Of a stretch of DNA of 64,000 nucleotides, positions 1 through 13,435 are shown piece by piece. The stretch comes from Octopus vulgaris. Taxonomy: Eukaryota. The stretch spans positions 61,690,001 through 61,754,000 of the forward strand of contig OX597824.1 of the NCBI GenBank assembly GCA_951406725.2, written 5' to 3'. The first letter of the stretch is position 1, and each line of letters begins with the position of its first letter. Below the pieces are notes generated by a model. The model made no database searches, had not been told where the DNA came from, and saw nothing but the letters and a program-made list of their open reading frames with translations. Made by a program: the position numbers and the translations under genes.

Positions 1-345
1 TTTCTTTTTTGCAATATGAAGTCACTATACTTCTCATGCTCTGCTGTCGCTAGGTTTCTTAAGAATAGACGCATTTTCATTTCGTCCGTCCAATCCTGAT
101 ATTCTTTTTCAAAACTTTGTTGGAATCTTCGAAAGTAAGCTTCGATTATTACTCCTTCTTCGGGGTCATATTTGAGTTCCCCCATGGAATTTTCTACATG
201 TTCAGGTGAAAATGTATTGTCCGGTTTGGTTATCAACTTAATTTGCTGCTGCAATCATTGTTGTTGTTCTCGTTGTTCCTTGAGTCGTTGTTGCTGCTTT
301 TGCAATTCAACTACCCCAGCTAACACGTCGTCCACATTTTACGTT
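1..345 (-). pseudogene. Gypsy (Ty3/Mag-like) gag N-terminal fragment, decayed; continues off the left edge
   Basis: Minus strand reads ...NSMGELKYDPEEGVIIEAYFRRF / EKEYQDWTDEMKMRLFLRNLATAEHEKYSDFILQK with a stop and a frameshift. This resembles the YDPExG...KxRLLLRxL...EHExYxxxIL gag motif and lies downstream of a PBS and LTR. Confidence 0.7.
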
Positions 346-456
346 CTTCGTAAGTTTGCACAAGATTTTGTTTCTTTCTTGTCGAGATATTTAATTCTCC
401 ACGTGAATTAGTTTAAACTCTGCGTGGGAATTTCTCACTCCGCGTAGATTTGTCTT

Positions 457-468
457 TCTTCGTCGCCA
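457..468 (-). promoter_or_regulatory. Primer-binding site of the Gypsy element (TGGCGACGAAGA)
   Basis: TGGCGACGA begins 4 nt after the LTR end (...CTTTACA AAAG TGGCGACG) on the minus strand. Confidence 0.7.
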
Positions 469-472
469 CTTT

Positions 473-974
473 TGTAAAGCGGCCTTTCGCTACTGTTGTA
501 TCAGTCTTTTGACGACGGTTGTCAATAGAATGGTTCTACCTGGCACTGTACGACCCCCAGTTTTACAGCGTTATTATACTCAAAAGGTTGGATCATTATA
601 ATTTCCACTCAGTATCACAGTATGATAACTATATCAGCACAGACATGACCATCAACACAGTCAACACGTACTCTCGGTGTCCTGACCTTCTCGACCTTTT
701 GTTATCGACCAGCTACTGGTCTATTTATAATGGCCTCTCTTACCACTCTTTACCGAGAGGTGTGTATAGTTTCAGCATAGAACACGATGCGAAGAGAAGA
801 ATATATGGAGACTTAAGTGTAAACTTTTTCCGAAGTGGATTAGATGAAATTAATTCCCGTTGAGCTGCTGATTATGCTTCTTTGCTGTTTGAATAACAAC
901 GATTAGATCCGATTGTCCAATCCTCTACTCAGTTCATGACGATCAGACACTTAGAGCCGTCTCCGAAAGTTACA
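473..974 (-). mobile_element. 5' LTR of the Gypsy element (~500 bp)
   Basis: Termini TGTAA...TTACA (short inverted ends). PBS lies on one side and there is an abrupt switch into a LINE RT fragment on the other. Confidence 0.65.
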
Positions 975-1250
975 TGTTGTTGCACTTGATGATATCTATG
1001 GACATCATTAATATAAATAATCAAAGGAAGTGGGCCCAATATAGTGCCCCATGGAACTCCAGTAATTAATCATTCTGATCTTGCTCGTGCACCATCAATC
1101 ACCACATACTAGTTTCTGTTCACCAAGAAATATTCAATTTTCAATTCACTTTAATAGTTAACCCTGGGTAACAATGTTGGGTAGTTTTATTTGAAAAGAA
1201 TCTATGATCAACCTTGTTGAAGGCCTTGTGAAAGTCAAGGTCTATCGAAT
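975..1250 (-). pseudogene. CR1/L2-type LINE reverse transcriptase fragment
   Basis: Minus strand: IDLDFHKAFNKVDH (cf. YLDFxKAFDxVxH) and GVPWGTILGPLPLIIYINDV (cf. GVPQGSxLGPLLFxIYIND). Confidence 0.75.
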
Positions 1251-1254
1251 CTGT

Positions 1255-1255
1255 A

Positions 1256-1334
<79 letters not shown>

Positions 1335-1378
1335 ATGCATGTATGTATGTATATATGTATGCATGTATGTATATATTT
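1255..1378. repeat. Compound (TA)n/(TG)n/(TATG)n microsatellite
   Basis: Directly visible. It represents dozens of similar tracts in the window (e.g. 3860, 9990, 20900, 33600, 36930, 46410, 47230, 47590, 60610). Confidence 0.95.
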
Positions 1379-1989
1379 ATCTATTATATAGTATTGTACA
1401 GTTATATAGGAATATATTTATCCGTACTTACATACACTTTAAACATCATATACATAATAAGAATAAATGTAAGAAGATTGCTTTTACACACGCTATGCTT
1501 AGGTGTGCATGCTATTGATTAAACGTTTAAGTGGAAATGATAATAAAATTTTCTACAAAACTTCTTAACGTTGAAACATATCATGTCATCGGCATTCATT
1601 TGAATTTGACACGTTTCCAAAAGCGGAATTCTTACAGGATTTTTACATTATAACATGTAGGCGTCTATACATATATTTACGTACACACAAGGACACACAC
1701 ACTCACGCACATTTAGTTAGCGATGTCTTATTCAATTAAGCAACTTCTTTCCCAGTGGCATAAATATTTCTCTTGAACGCTCTCATATTGTGCTAAAAGA
1801 ATGCAACTAAATATTGCTTCACTTTGTTTTGGATATTGTCAAGGTTATAACGCGATCAATCCTAATTGTTCCACGAAGCATAATTTTCTCGTGTTTTTTA
1901 CAGAAAATATCTTTATGAAACACATAAATACATATTATTTGTACACTTTTACAAAGCTTACATGTGTGTGTACATATATATATATACAA

Positions 1990-3855
1990 GTCCTACGAGT
2001 CTTATAAACTGGCACCGACATCCGCCCCTGACAATATCAACACCAACCATTGCGAGCTTATGAACAAATTACACGTGGACGACCGCACAGAACCCTACAG
2101 CCCTACTTCTCCACGCTTCAACCTTAAAGAAAATAAGGACTTCAAAACTAAACCATCGAGACGCCTCATATGCCCGACCAAATCCGACCGGGGAAGAATA
2201 AGCAAAATTATTCTAGATAAAATAATACCAATCGTCAAGGAGAAATTGAACGTCAACTTATGGTCCTGTACAGGTGAAGTCATAGCATCGTTCCATCGCT
2301 TAAACAACAAAACTCTTCTTCTTTCCTGCAATTCTATATAAATAATTACTACGCTTCTATTTCTCCCAAACTTCTTAAACAAGCGCACCTTCTTCTTAGG
2401 AATCTAACTAACCTAATCCCACTAGAAATTAACAGAATCGTTAATGACCGTAAAATCCTTATTTCTTTTGTGGACAAACTTTAGTGGCGCGGCTACCATT
2501 ATAACTATAACACTAACAATAACAAATCATTTTACATTACTTTGGGCTCATCCGACTCCGCCCAAGTCACCGATCACGTCGGACTATACATACTCCACCA
2601 GCTCCAAATATATTTTCCTAACAACCAGGGAGGCCTCTACAGAAATGACACCTTGCTAGCCACCAAATGCTTAAATAAATCCCCTTTAGAACGAACTAGA
2701 AAGATCTACACAAATTTTTCTTTAGCCTCAATCTAGATATTACTTTTGAAAATTCCTACAAAATCAGTAATTTTCGACACGTAACTTGAAACTTAGAAAC
2801 TTCCCAATACTCCCTATATCACAATCCTAACCATTACTTTAAGTACTTAAACATTTATTCGAATCATCACAAATCCGCCTTATCTGAATTTGTGACCTCT
2901 CATCCACTGAGGAAATATTCGATAACCACGCCCCATATAAAAACCAGCGGCTTCTCCCAACTAATAGAACACATCCCTAATACTAGGCTTAAGGAACATA
3001 TATCTCAAAACATATCACAATGACATGCAAATCACAGAATCACAACAGGCCACACATATACTATATTAGAACCCCGGGAGAACCCAGATTATGATAACTT
3101 AGACCGCACTCGCACACATATTACATTAGGTCAAAACCTAAAACAGATAACAATAATGATCCATATTACCCCACTCTAATTTCTAAATATATAGATAACA
3201 CTACCGTTAAGCAACCAAAAAGAAAAGCGGTGGACGCTTCATTCTGTGGTATACACCCAAATCCTCACTAAACGATAAGAACTTAGCTTAATCCTTTTTT
3301 AATATACTGGACTCCAACTTCCCACGTCAACATAAATATTGCTCTATCTTTAATAGATCTACCTTGAAGCTCTCCTACTCATCCACGCCCATAGCAGCCT
3401 CTAATAAACGAAAACTTTCTGTTATCAAAACTACATTTTAACAACTCTGAATTCCACTGCACCCAACATATACATAGCTCCAATATTGAACCCTTAAGCT
3501 AGACCACAACGGAAACCATACCAATCCCATTAACACTAACCAGAATACTACTACCACAACCTCCACCACAATTACAAATAGGATGAATAACAACGATAGA
3601 AATATTAATGATAATAGTACTAATAATGTTAAGAACCTACACCAATCTTCCCCATCTCTAACCTCTCCTCTGACTGTGTTACCACCTCCATTCCTGAGAA
3701 TAATCCCCACAATGCAATACCATGTAACTGCCGTCCTGTGACCAACTGCTCTCTACAAACCTATTGCAGAAGGTCTAATATAATTTATAAATGCACCATC
3801 CTCAATGCGTTACAGAATTCTACAACCACATATATAGGATCAACTGTGTATTTTA

Positions 3856-3858
<3 letters not shown>
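1990..3858 (+). mobile_element. Penelope-like retroelement remnant (RT + GIY-YIG), multiply frameshifted
   Basis: KPSRRLICPTKSDRGRISKIILDKI..VNLW; LGSSDSAQVTDHVGLYIL..GGLYRND (cf. MGSxDGAEVCELVGLYIL..GLYRDD); CNCRPVTNCSL..C..SNIIYKC..TTTYIGST (Cys motif plus GIY-YIG). Ends in a (TA)n tract. Confidence 0.8.
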
Positions 3859-3909
<51 letters not shown>

Positions 3910-5723
3910 GCATACATACATACATACATACACATACTCCTCTCTTAGACAATGTAGTGGTTATATATATATATTCTTAACTGTTTGTGTGTTTGTCTCT
4001 GTACTGTCTGTCTGTTCTGTTTGCCTGCCTGTAACCCTTTCTCTCCCCGTCTGTCTGTGTTAGCATTTATCAGAGAGATTAACAGGCTATTTTGATGCTT
4101 TTACAACTATTTAATGCAGGAATATTTCATTCTTATATTTCATAACTAGGTTAAGTAGAAATCAAAAGATATCCACCCCTTATTTTTGAAAGCATTAAAG
4201 TTAAATTACAACAGATGTTGTACTAACTCGTATTTCAGTCATTATGATATGTGCTAACTAAGAATGCACTTTTTTGTTGTTGTTATTCTCGATTTATGTA
4301 GTAGCATTCCCTCAATCTCTGTTTCTCTATATATTGTTCCACTCAGTTGGCAATCACAGTGTCTGAACATTAAAATACAAGGCTTCCTTTTTAAGGCTGA
4401 AAATTCTATTTCAATTGCTGTAACACCTTAGAAAATTATAAATTTAAGTCACGGCATAGAGACGCCTGGCAACATTTTTATTAAATCCTTTGAAGACACC
4501 TAATAATGACAACTGTGTTATTTTCAAGGGTTTTTCATTGAATAAAACTCAGCAATATGTTTGCAAATTGAATTTCTTTGGACAAATCTGCCAACTTCCC
4601 GTTGCTTCATTTTTCTTTTCTTTTGGTTTTAAATATCAGTACACATTATAATCTCATTCATGTGCATCAAACTAAAATAATTTAATTGAGATATTTCAAA
4701 TTATACCTCATTGAATATCTCTATATTATGGTTCTGCATGCCAAGACATGGATTTTGAAGTGGTATTAGATCGACATATCAATGATATACAAGCCAGAAT
4801 TGCATTGAAACAGGAGAACACATATAACAAAATCAAAGCTCCAATGGAGAAATTGAAATATATGATACTATAATGGTTCAAAAGACTTCGTGGGTAATTA
4901 ATATTGAAAGAAAGACGAAGATAGTTGGTTCAGTTATATTGTTCCGAGAATCACAAGTCTTAGAGTGAATAACAATACTAGAAATGTAGTGACCGTCTTA
5001 CTTATTTGTTGCGTGTTAAAAATATTCTTAATATCATGTTTGACCGAGTGCCTGCTTTATTACTCCACCGCAACATTGGTTGCTGCTCCTGTTTTGCTTT
5101 CTTTCATTTGGAATCATTCAATTAGTTAGTAACACGTAAAATTATTTGGCATCCATTTTCCTGAATTATCAACATGAAATTATTTCCTATATCTTCGTTT
5201 CTCGTGATTGTGTGTGTTTAAACTTCAAATAATTCAACGAAACTAATTACTTCTAAATATATCCTGTTTCTTTCTTAATGTTATCGTGTATATATCAATC
5301 AATACTTAGTTCCATGGAAACATGTCTCTCTGCAATATGGACATTCATGAGACGCTGCGAAGTTAATTAAACATCAAGCGGATAAGAACTAAGAAACTTT
5401 AACTCATGACAACCCCTTGAGAGAGTAATGCGTTGTTACATCAATTTATTTATTTCATATTCCACTTAATTCTTTTAACAAACACACTTTTATGGCCGTC
5501 TAAATAAATTAATTAAAGTGTTAAAGAGAAGGAAGCGGAATTCATTTCCAACAATATTTTAATAAAACAAATAAAATTTCGCTTGAAAATATCTTCCATT
5601 GCTCAATATGTAAATGTAATATTTTTGGCGACTCAAGTGCATCACACACAATGGAACTGTCAAATAAATAATATTCAAAATCTATTAATTAATTAAAGAT
5701 GTTATTATTAATAACGTAACGTA

Positions 5724-5938
5724 GGCGGTTGATTGCCTGAATACTTAGTGTTTTTGTTAAAAATATATTTCGCTATTTGTTCCAGCTCTTCACATTTGAG
5801 TTCAGATTTCGCCAAAGTCAATTTTAGCTTACATTGTGTCGGGGTCAGTGAGGTAGTCTGCCGATCAAGTACTGTGATTAGACGTTATTGAGTACCATCA
5901 CCTCACAAAACTACTGGCCTTGTGCCTAAATTAGAAAC
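5724..5938 (+). mobile_element. tRNA-derived SINE, family A (diverged)
   Basis: GGCGG head, GAGTTCAGATTTC B-box-like motif, GGGGTC core and TGGCCTTGTGCC tail, colinear with other family A copies. Confidence 0.6.
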
Positions 5939-6104
5939 TTTTTAGAACGTGATTCAAAATTGTGTTCATAGATTTGTTAAAAGCTCCATGTTATACTGGT
6001 CAATTTTCCACATTGTCAGTGATATGTCATATATCGAGTACACCGTAGCACATAACACTCCTAAGTGTGTGTGGAAGCTCATTCTAGAATCGAATATTGA
6101 TTGC

Positions 6105-6457
6105 AGGTTTTGACACCAGACCAGCAATTTCGTAGGAGGGGAAGTCGATTACATCAACCACAATGCTTAACTGGTACTTATTTTGTTGAGCCCCGTGATG
6201 AACTGGTACATATCGACCCTAGTGCTGAACTCATACTTGTTCATCGACCCCAGTGATCAACTGTTACTTATTTTATCGACTCAAGTGCTTAACTGGTACT
6301 TATTTTATTGACCCCAGTGCCCAGCTGGTGCGTATATTAGCTACCGCGAAAGAATGAAATCATTGTTGACCACGGCGAAATTTAAACTCAGACATTAAAG
6401 ACAGACGAAATGCCGCTAAGCTTTTCTGATGAGCTTGCGAGTCTGCCAGCTCACCGC
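6105..6457 (-). mobile_element. tRNA-derived SINE, family A, with an internal ~33-bp unit amplified in tandem
   Basis: Same head and tail as the copies at 10.2 and 11.4 kb. About six variants of CGACCCCAGTG..AACTGGTACTTATTTTAT between ~6150 and 6345. Confidence 0.8.
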
Positions 6458-6679
6458 GTTTTTATGAAACTTCAATGTATCAGAAGAGAACACTATATGA
6501 AAGGTCAATTTTTGGCCTTGAAAAATAATATCCTCAGGAGAATACGCTTAAATTCTGGTATCCGTAGTTCCTGCGATATCTTGTCTATAGTATACGGTCA
6601 CATATTTAATTATCGCATTAATTTGACATATTCATGGTACTGCGCATAGTATATTATAGACAATTACTGTGCTACTTGA

Positions 6680-6848
6680 AAGTATAACATAAAGGTACAT
6701 TATTTACATTATTTACAATTGACGGATATTTGTCCTCATCTTATTTGTTGTTAACACAAAGTTTCAGCTGATATACCCTCCAGCCTTTATCCAGTGTCTT
6801 GGGGAAGTTTCGAACCTGGGCTCTCATTCCTAAGGTATGTTTCGATGC

Positions 6849-6905
<57 letters not shown>
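6680..6905 (-). repeat. Probable PLE terminal-repeat fragment with decayed hammerhead-like motif, next to (TTA)n
   Basis: Minus strand 6800-6752: ACA CTGGATAA A GGCTG gagggtatat CAGCT GAAAC TTTGTGTT; the core deviates from CTGANGA. Confidence 0.4.
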
Positions 6906-6908
<3 letters not shown>

Positions 6909-8689
6909 AAAATATATAAAGTAAATAAAACTAAACACAAAACTAAAATAATAAGGGTAAAAAAAGATAAGGATCAAAATAAAATCAATAATAAATAGAA
7001 ATTAAAGAAAAATATACATTTATGTAAAATGTATGTATATTACATTAAAAATGAACTTCAGTCGTGCTTGCTTGCTTGCACTGTTACACAGACAAACTGG
7101 CGCATAATAAGGAAATACTATGAATTAAGCTATCCTCAACTATGAATTCAAATAGAATAAAAGAAGTTACGCGCCTATCGGACAATTGGGTTTTGAGATA
7201 TTAGGGTTTTGTGGGGCATAAATACCCCAAACTATGCATAATGGGTAAGTACTCCGAAAATAACTTTACCCTGAAAGGGAAGAAACTCTAACCTTCCCAT
7301 TTGGCACATTATGATTAACTCACCAACGAAACATATGAGTTGTTTTACAGTAAATGTTTCTATTTTCGCTTTTGTTAAACACAACATTTTAATAATTTAG
7401 AAATATTTTTAAGTGATGTTGATTTCAAAAATGAAAGCTGCTTGTTCAGTAAGAAATATATACTTAAGCTTTCTTTAAACAAAGAATATTTTAATTAAAA
7501 AAAAAATATTCTTAAGTGAATTTTACAAAACTTTTTTTGGCATGTTTTAAAAATATTTTAAAGTGAAAATGACTTAAAAATACGGTAAATATTTCATAAA
7601 AAACCCGTTCGTAACCTCGGTGTGAAATGATTTTTTTCCTATAGGGTACTTTTCGATTGCATTCAAAGTATCTCACTTCCAAAGATTTGGCTGCTATTTC
7701 TAGCACATCTGCTCCCACGTAACAGCTATTGGCGATAATGGACCTGAAAGCTGTTACAGGTGGTCATTCTGTTTTTCGTAACTTATTTAAATATATATCA
7801 TCTTTAAATTGCTGCCAAATCAGATAAATTTCATGCTAAACGTAAGCCTATTTTTCCCCATAATAAACAAAATAACAATGTAGCATTTATACAAGATTCC
7901 CTATATCTAAATAATAACAATCAATTCTACTATTTTGTTATCATCGGAGGATAAATTTACACAAGTTTGTGTATAGAAACAAATATAAACCAGCAGTAAC
8001 TGCAAAAAACTCGGATTTAGTTTTTTACATACTTTTTGTAGAAGACAGTAACAAATCTGAAAACTGGCTATAATAATGTAGCATTCTAGTCTTATTGCTT
8101 TGAATGTATGATGTTGTGGAGAAAAGAATAGGAGAAAAATGTTATGTGGTTTTAAAAAATGGGTATTTTTAGCCAATAGCGAGGCAGACATTTTCTGCAT
8201 TTTGCGGAGCGGTGTCAAATTAAAGTTTTTACCCTGTGAAATGTAAGGTTTGTAAATAAAGAGAAATTCTTAATAAAATCAACATGTATCATCTGTATCT
8301 AGTCTTTTTTATACATTGATTGTATTTTTATTATTTTTTAAAAATTTGTTGTATTAATATACTTGTCTACGTATTTCAGTATTATGTATAGCTGCCATGT
8401 ATTTATGTTCATCATTAATATATAAGTGTGTGTGTGTATAATGCGAGGGAGGGTATAATGCGAGTGTGTGTGAAAAGGGGGAGGCTGTCTCCAAAACTCC
8501 AAAGTTGAGTAACACTTTCATGCTTGGATTTGTAAACTACGATAAGAATAAATGCAGAAAAAGTACAGTAAAATATGTTGCATACTAACACAGAAAAATT
8601 AAAACAGAACACGCCTGAGGCATTTGCGAGTAGTAATGCCCCTAATATATATATTATATTAATGGCATTACTGCACGCAAATGCCTCAC

Positions 8690-9240
8690 GCGCGTGTGTC
8701 CATGAGTTGATCAGTGACGAGCAAGCAAACCAGTGGAGATTGGGGCTTGTTGATTTTAGTTGCTGTCACTTAAAGCATGCGAAACACATGCTCCATACTT
8801 CTGAACCTTTCCCATCGAGTGAATATGCTTCTCTATAGCAGTGTGGGAGCATACCATTTTCTCTGCCAGTTCCCTTGTAGTTTGATAAGAATTTTCGTGC
8901 AATAGTTACTTTAATCTCTTTTCATCGAACAAAGGTGTGCCTTTGAGGTCCAAATTTCCATTTTGGAACTTGGTATACAAATCACGAGCCCTGACACCCT
9001 CTCCATACATAGCAAAAATGTCGCGAGCAGCTTTTGCGGCCTTAGAACCTTGATTAAAAGCAAAAATAATCACTTTACTTAAATTGACATTCCATATTAA
9101 TGATCTGAAAATAAACAAAAAGTAACTGAAATTAACTAGAAAAAAAAAAGATTCTAGAATGATTCAAAAACAGAATTCTCGAAAAAAAATAGATTCTAAA
9201 ATTAAAAGAAATGCCCGGAAAATAGTTGCCAACCCAATAA
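8690..9240 (-). mobile_element. Mariner remnant (TIR plus N-terminal HTH)
   Basis: Terminal TATTGGGTTGGCAAC at 9239-9225; IIFAFNQGSKAAKAARDIFAMYGEG..KFQNGNLDL resembles the mariner HTH region. Confidence 0.75.
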
Positions 9241-9259
9241 ATGAATATCCTTTTAATAT

Positions 9260-9499
9260 TTTACATGTTTCAGTCATTTGACTGTGTGCTGGAGCATCGT
9301 CTTAAAGGGTTTTAGGCAAAGAAATCGACCCCAGTACTTATTCTTTGTAAGCTTATTCTACTTATACTATAGGTTTCTTATGCCGAACTACTAAGTTACG
9401 GGGATATAAATAAACCAACATTGGTTTTCCAGCGATGGTGGTGGGACAAACAGAGACGCACAGACACACACACACACTGATAAATATACGCACACACAA

Positions 9500-9536
<37 letters not shown>

Positions 9537-9700
9537 AATATATATACGATGGGCTTCTTTCAGTTTCTGCCTTCCTAATCCACTCCCAAGGCTTCAATAG
9601 GCTCGAGGCTATAGCAGAGGACACTTGCCCAAGGTGCCACTGAGTGGGACTGATCCCCGAACCATGTGGTTGGGGAGCAAACCCCTTACCACATAGTTAC
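9260..9700 (-). mobile_element. tRNA-derived CORE-type SINE, family B
   Basis: Head ..TGTGGTAAG..CCAACCACATGGTTC, CORE-like CACCTTGGGCAAGTGTC, internal microsatellite and AAATGACTGAAAC tail; colinear with the copies at 18, 37 and 56.7 kb. Confidence 0.85.
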
Positions 9701-9987
9701 GTATATATTTTAAATACGCAATGGTTATGTACACAAATATATAAAAGTATTTACTATTCATAAATACACGTGCTTAAACACAACATATATAATTATATAT
9801 ATAACCCAACAACAAGAATACGTTTGAACAGTAAATCGAAGTTTCATCCAATTTCATCATCCAATGATGGCTACGCTGGCCGAAATTGCGAACTCACTGT
9901 CAATATTATTCTTGTTAAAGAATAATAACTATGCACTCGTCCAATTTGAAGTACAATTAGTTTTTATTATAACATAACAACACGTAT

Positions 9988-10068
<81 letters not shown>

Positions 10069-10159
10069 CATTGTCTGTAACTGATAGGACAAAATTGAAT
10101 GTACTCATGGATAATGTAATAGGATGACTGAGTTAGAAAGCGTTTTATACTTTTGCTAT

Positions 10160-10358
10160 AAAAGGCCAGCAATTTCGGGGTGGGGGTAAGTCGATTACAT
10201 CGGTTCAACTGATTCGTATTGCCTTTCATCTCCGAAAGGGATGAAAGGCAAAACTGACCTCTGTTGATTTTGATCCCAGGACGTAAAGACGGATGAAAGA
10301 TTCTAAGCTGCTAAGCATCTTGCCCGGCGTGCTAACAATTCTGTTAGCTCACCGCCTT
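10160..10358 (-). mobile_element. SINE family A, adjacent to (GA)n/(GACA)n microsatellite
   Basis: GGCGGTGAGCT head, TTTGCCTTTCATCC core, GATGTAATCGACTTACCCC tail. Confidence 0.8.
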
Positions 10359-11404
10359 CAAATTTGCTTTCTACTTCAGCAGCGATTTTTCGATCAGGCA
10401 AATACAGAGAGAGAAAGAGAAAGAGAGAGAGAGAGAGAGAGATAGAGAGAGAGACAGACAGACAGACAGAGACAGAGAGAGACAGAGAAAGAAAGAGAAT
10501 GTGTGTGAGAAAGAGTGAGAGACAGAGAGAGGGAGAGAAATTCATTGCTCAACAATGAACAAATTTTTATCACCGAGATAAATGAAAGTTATGTCGGACA
10601 TAAAGGTCTACTGATCTTCATTTATATGATATCACATATTTCTCGGAAATACAAAGACAGGTGCCTATTAAAGCCAAATGCGTAGCATGGTTTCAATGGA
10701 GTCAATGCTCTTAAATTACCACTCAAAATTTATTTGCAATGCTATGAGTGTTACAATTTTACTTCATATGCTATGAAATGTACGACGTTTACAAACAATA
10801 TAATCAATCACCTCTCCTCTAATTTTTTTTTTATCCTTTGTTGATTCCTCGTTTCCATCTGTTATGACAATTTGGGATTGCGTTATGATATAATTTCATG
10901 AAGAGCGCGCATCGACCCCGTCTATCGACTGACATAGGTGACCTTTCAAGGTGGCTTTTCTAAGTAACATTAATATATTTTATTTTAACATTTTGTATAA
11001 ACATCATTTGATTATGTTGAATCTATTTGTTATTAAAACATTTTCTTTTCCATAAGTGCACTTCATTAATTACCTCATGAAGAAAATTAAATATTACTAG
11101 TTCAGCTATTTAAATGATAGCAAACTTAATTTCCTCGGTGACTAAATTTGCGATTCGTGTATGTAGATTTTCTTAGCTTAAACCTGAATTCGTATTCTGG
11201 ATCTACACCATATCTCTGAGTAACTGAACAAATGAGAATATATGATGGACACTAAATAAAAGATATTACAAAATAGCGATTATTGAAATTCTTCTAAGCG
11301 TCGAATTTAAAGGAAAGTATATTACAATTTCTTTTGCTAAATATTTAACCACTTTTGATTTTGAGGGAGCCAATAATATTTCTGAAGGAATTTTCCATTA
11401 TTGA

Positions 11405-11612
11405 CTTCAAATTTGGCACGAGGAAAGTAATTACCGGGGATGAGATAAGTCGATCACACGACTCCAGCGCTCAACAGGCACTTATTTTATCGACTCCGAA
11501 AGGATGAAATGTAAAGTCCACCTCAGCGGAATTTGACCAAAGAACGTCAAAACGGACGAAATGCCGCTAAGCATTTTACTAAGCATGCTAACGATTCTGC
11601 GAGCTCACTGCG
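11405..11612 (-). mobile_element. SINE family A
   Basis: Colinear with the other family A copies over ~200 bp. Confidence 0.8.
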
Positions 11613-13349
11613 TTTGGATTTTCTGTTATAACAACAATATAACAACAACCTTCTTTACATGGTAATTTAAGATAGCTGCAATCAAGAATGGATTCTATCA
11701 CAAGACTACATTTTGCTAATTATAATTTTTTTTCCGTTGCTTTGAAGCGGAAGACATCATTCGTCTACATGAAACATGATAGCCAGTCCATTATTTTAAT
11801 TCAAAATAAATCAATCGTTCGGAAATATACAAAACGTTTTATATCTTATATTAAAAACTCTCCCTTTATATTTGAATCAATGAAATCATTTAGAAAATCA
11901 CAGAACTATAAAAACCTCAATTACGTGTCAAAAAATTTACAAGGATAAGAATAAACGAAGTTCATTAATTGTTTTCTATGATGCATATATAATGTTATAT
12001 AATGTGAAAATACTTTTCCAAGTTAATCATTGCAGACAATTTTGTATTTTGATGTGGAATGGTATATCCTTCATTGGACAGAGCCGCCAAGCTGTTTGTA
12101 TTTATGTCCATAATGATTCTAGTAAAATGCGATATTGGTATTTGTTATGTAAATGTGAACAAATGAAGCACATACCAAATGCTTCCCTGAGCTTCATCTG
12201 AGTGTGGGTGGAGTAAATGTAATTTTACGACGATCTCTACTTGTAGTTTAAACTTATAAATTTTTAAAAAGGAACTTGTATATTACCGATGCTTATATAT
12301 ATGAGGTATACTTACGGATATTTCGAGCACGTTCATACATAGTTCATAACTGCTTTGCTTAGTCTCGGATTTGAACAAGGATTTGATTTTAGCTTCATTC
12401 GACAATATTGTAATTTCCATCTCAATTTAGAGATAAAGTTTGTCATAGGTCGGCAAGTATTTACGCTAACAATCAATGCTGCGTCATAGCGCACATTTGT
12501 ATAATATCAAACATGATAATAAAATTTTAACATGAAATGTTTAAAATTTACTTCTAGCATGGAAAATAAATAAGAAAAATTTAAGAAAATGCTTTGCTCT
12601 TATATTCAGAATTTTACAAGTAACAGAGTATTATGAATTCGAAATAAATTCATATATACTTTTCAGATATATTTATCAGATGGAAAAATGCGAGCTAGAG
12701 AAATAATATTCTTAAAATAAACTTGGAAAAGTTGAGGACAAGTTATTACATATGGTAAAGTATAGAACAAGAAAAGATTTTATTTAAATTATTACAGCTA
12801 AGGATAAAATTTCAAATAAATAGAAATTTTATAATAAGTTATTACTTCTATTTGTTATTACTTGTTATTTCTATTAAAAATAAAAGATAACTCAAATATG
12901 TTTTGCACTTAAAAAAAATTCATTATTTTAAGTATTAATTAATAATTAGAAATATGAAAATAGGTTATAAAAATAATAGTAGTCCATAACAAGTTAGTAC
13001 AATAAATAGACTAATACAAACGTTGGATATATATATTACAGTAAAAGCTACCTATAACAACAAATTCACAGTAAAATATGCTCGAGATTTTGCCCAAGTT
13101 ATTGCCAAGTCTACACATTTTTAGTCATGACCTAATGCCTATTTTTTACATAATTAAAGTGCCTACCATATGTAGTATTCTACTGTGCATAAAACTTTAG
13201 CTATATTGGTACTTCTGGTTCTCATTTTTTAAGTATTCAAGTGTTTCAAAATTTTGACAAAATTATAGAGTTATTTTGTAAATTAAAATCAAATAATTTT
13301 TTAATATTAAAATTCTATCCTTAGCTGCAATGTTTTAAGTGAAAAGTTT

Positions 13350-13435
13350 CTTGTTCTGTACTTTACCAGATGTAATAAGTTGTCCTGAACTTTTCCACGT
13401 GTAATAACTTGTCCTGTACTTTTCCAGGTTTATAA
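13350..13435. repeat. Three tandem copies of a ~29-bp unit (CTTGTCCTGTACTTTTCCAG..TAATAA)
   Basis: Directly visible; lies in an unclassified AT-rich repeat region. Confidence 0.8.

Noticed and set aside
4740-4960. Purine-rich, coding-like stretch
   Set aside because: Interrupted by stops and no motif recognised.
6150-6345. Regularly spaced ~33-bp repeats, CRISPR-like at first sight
   Set aside because: Head-to-tail units without unique spacers, derived from a SINE body.
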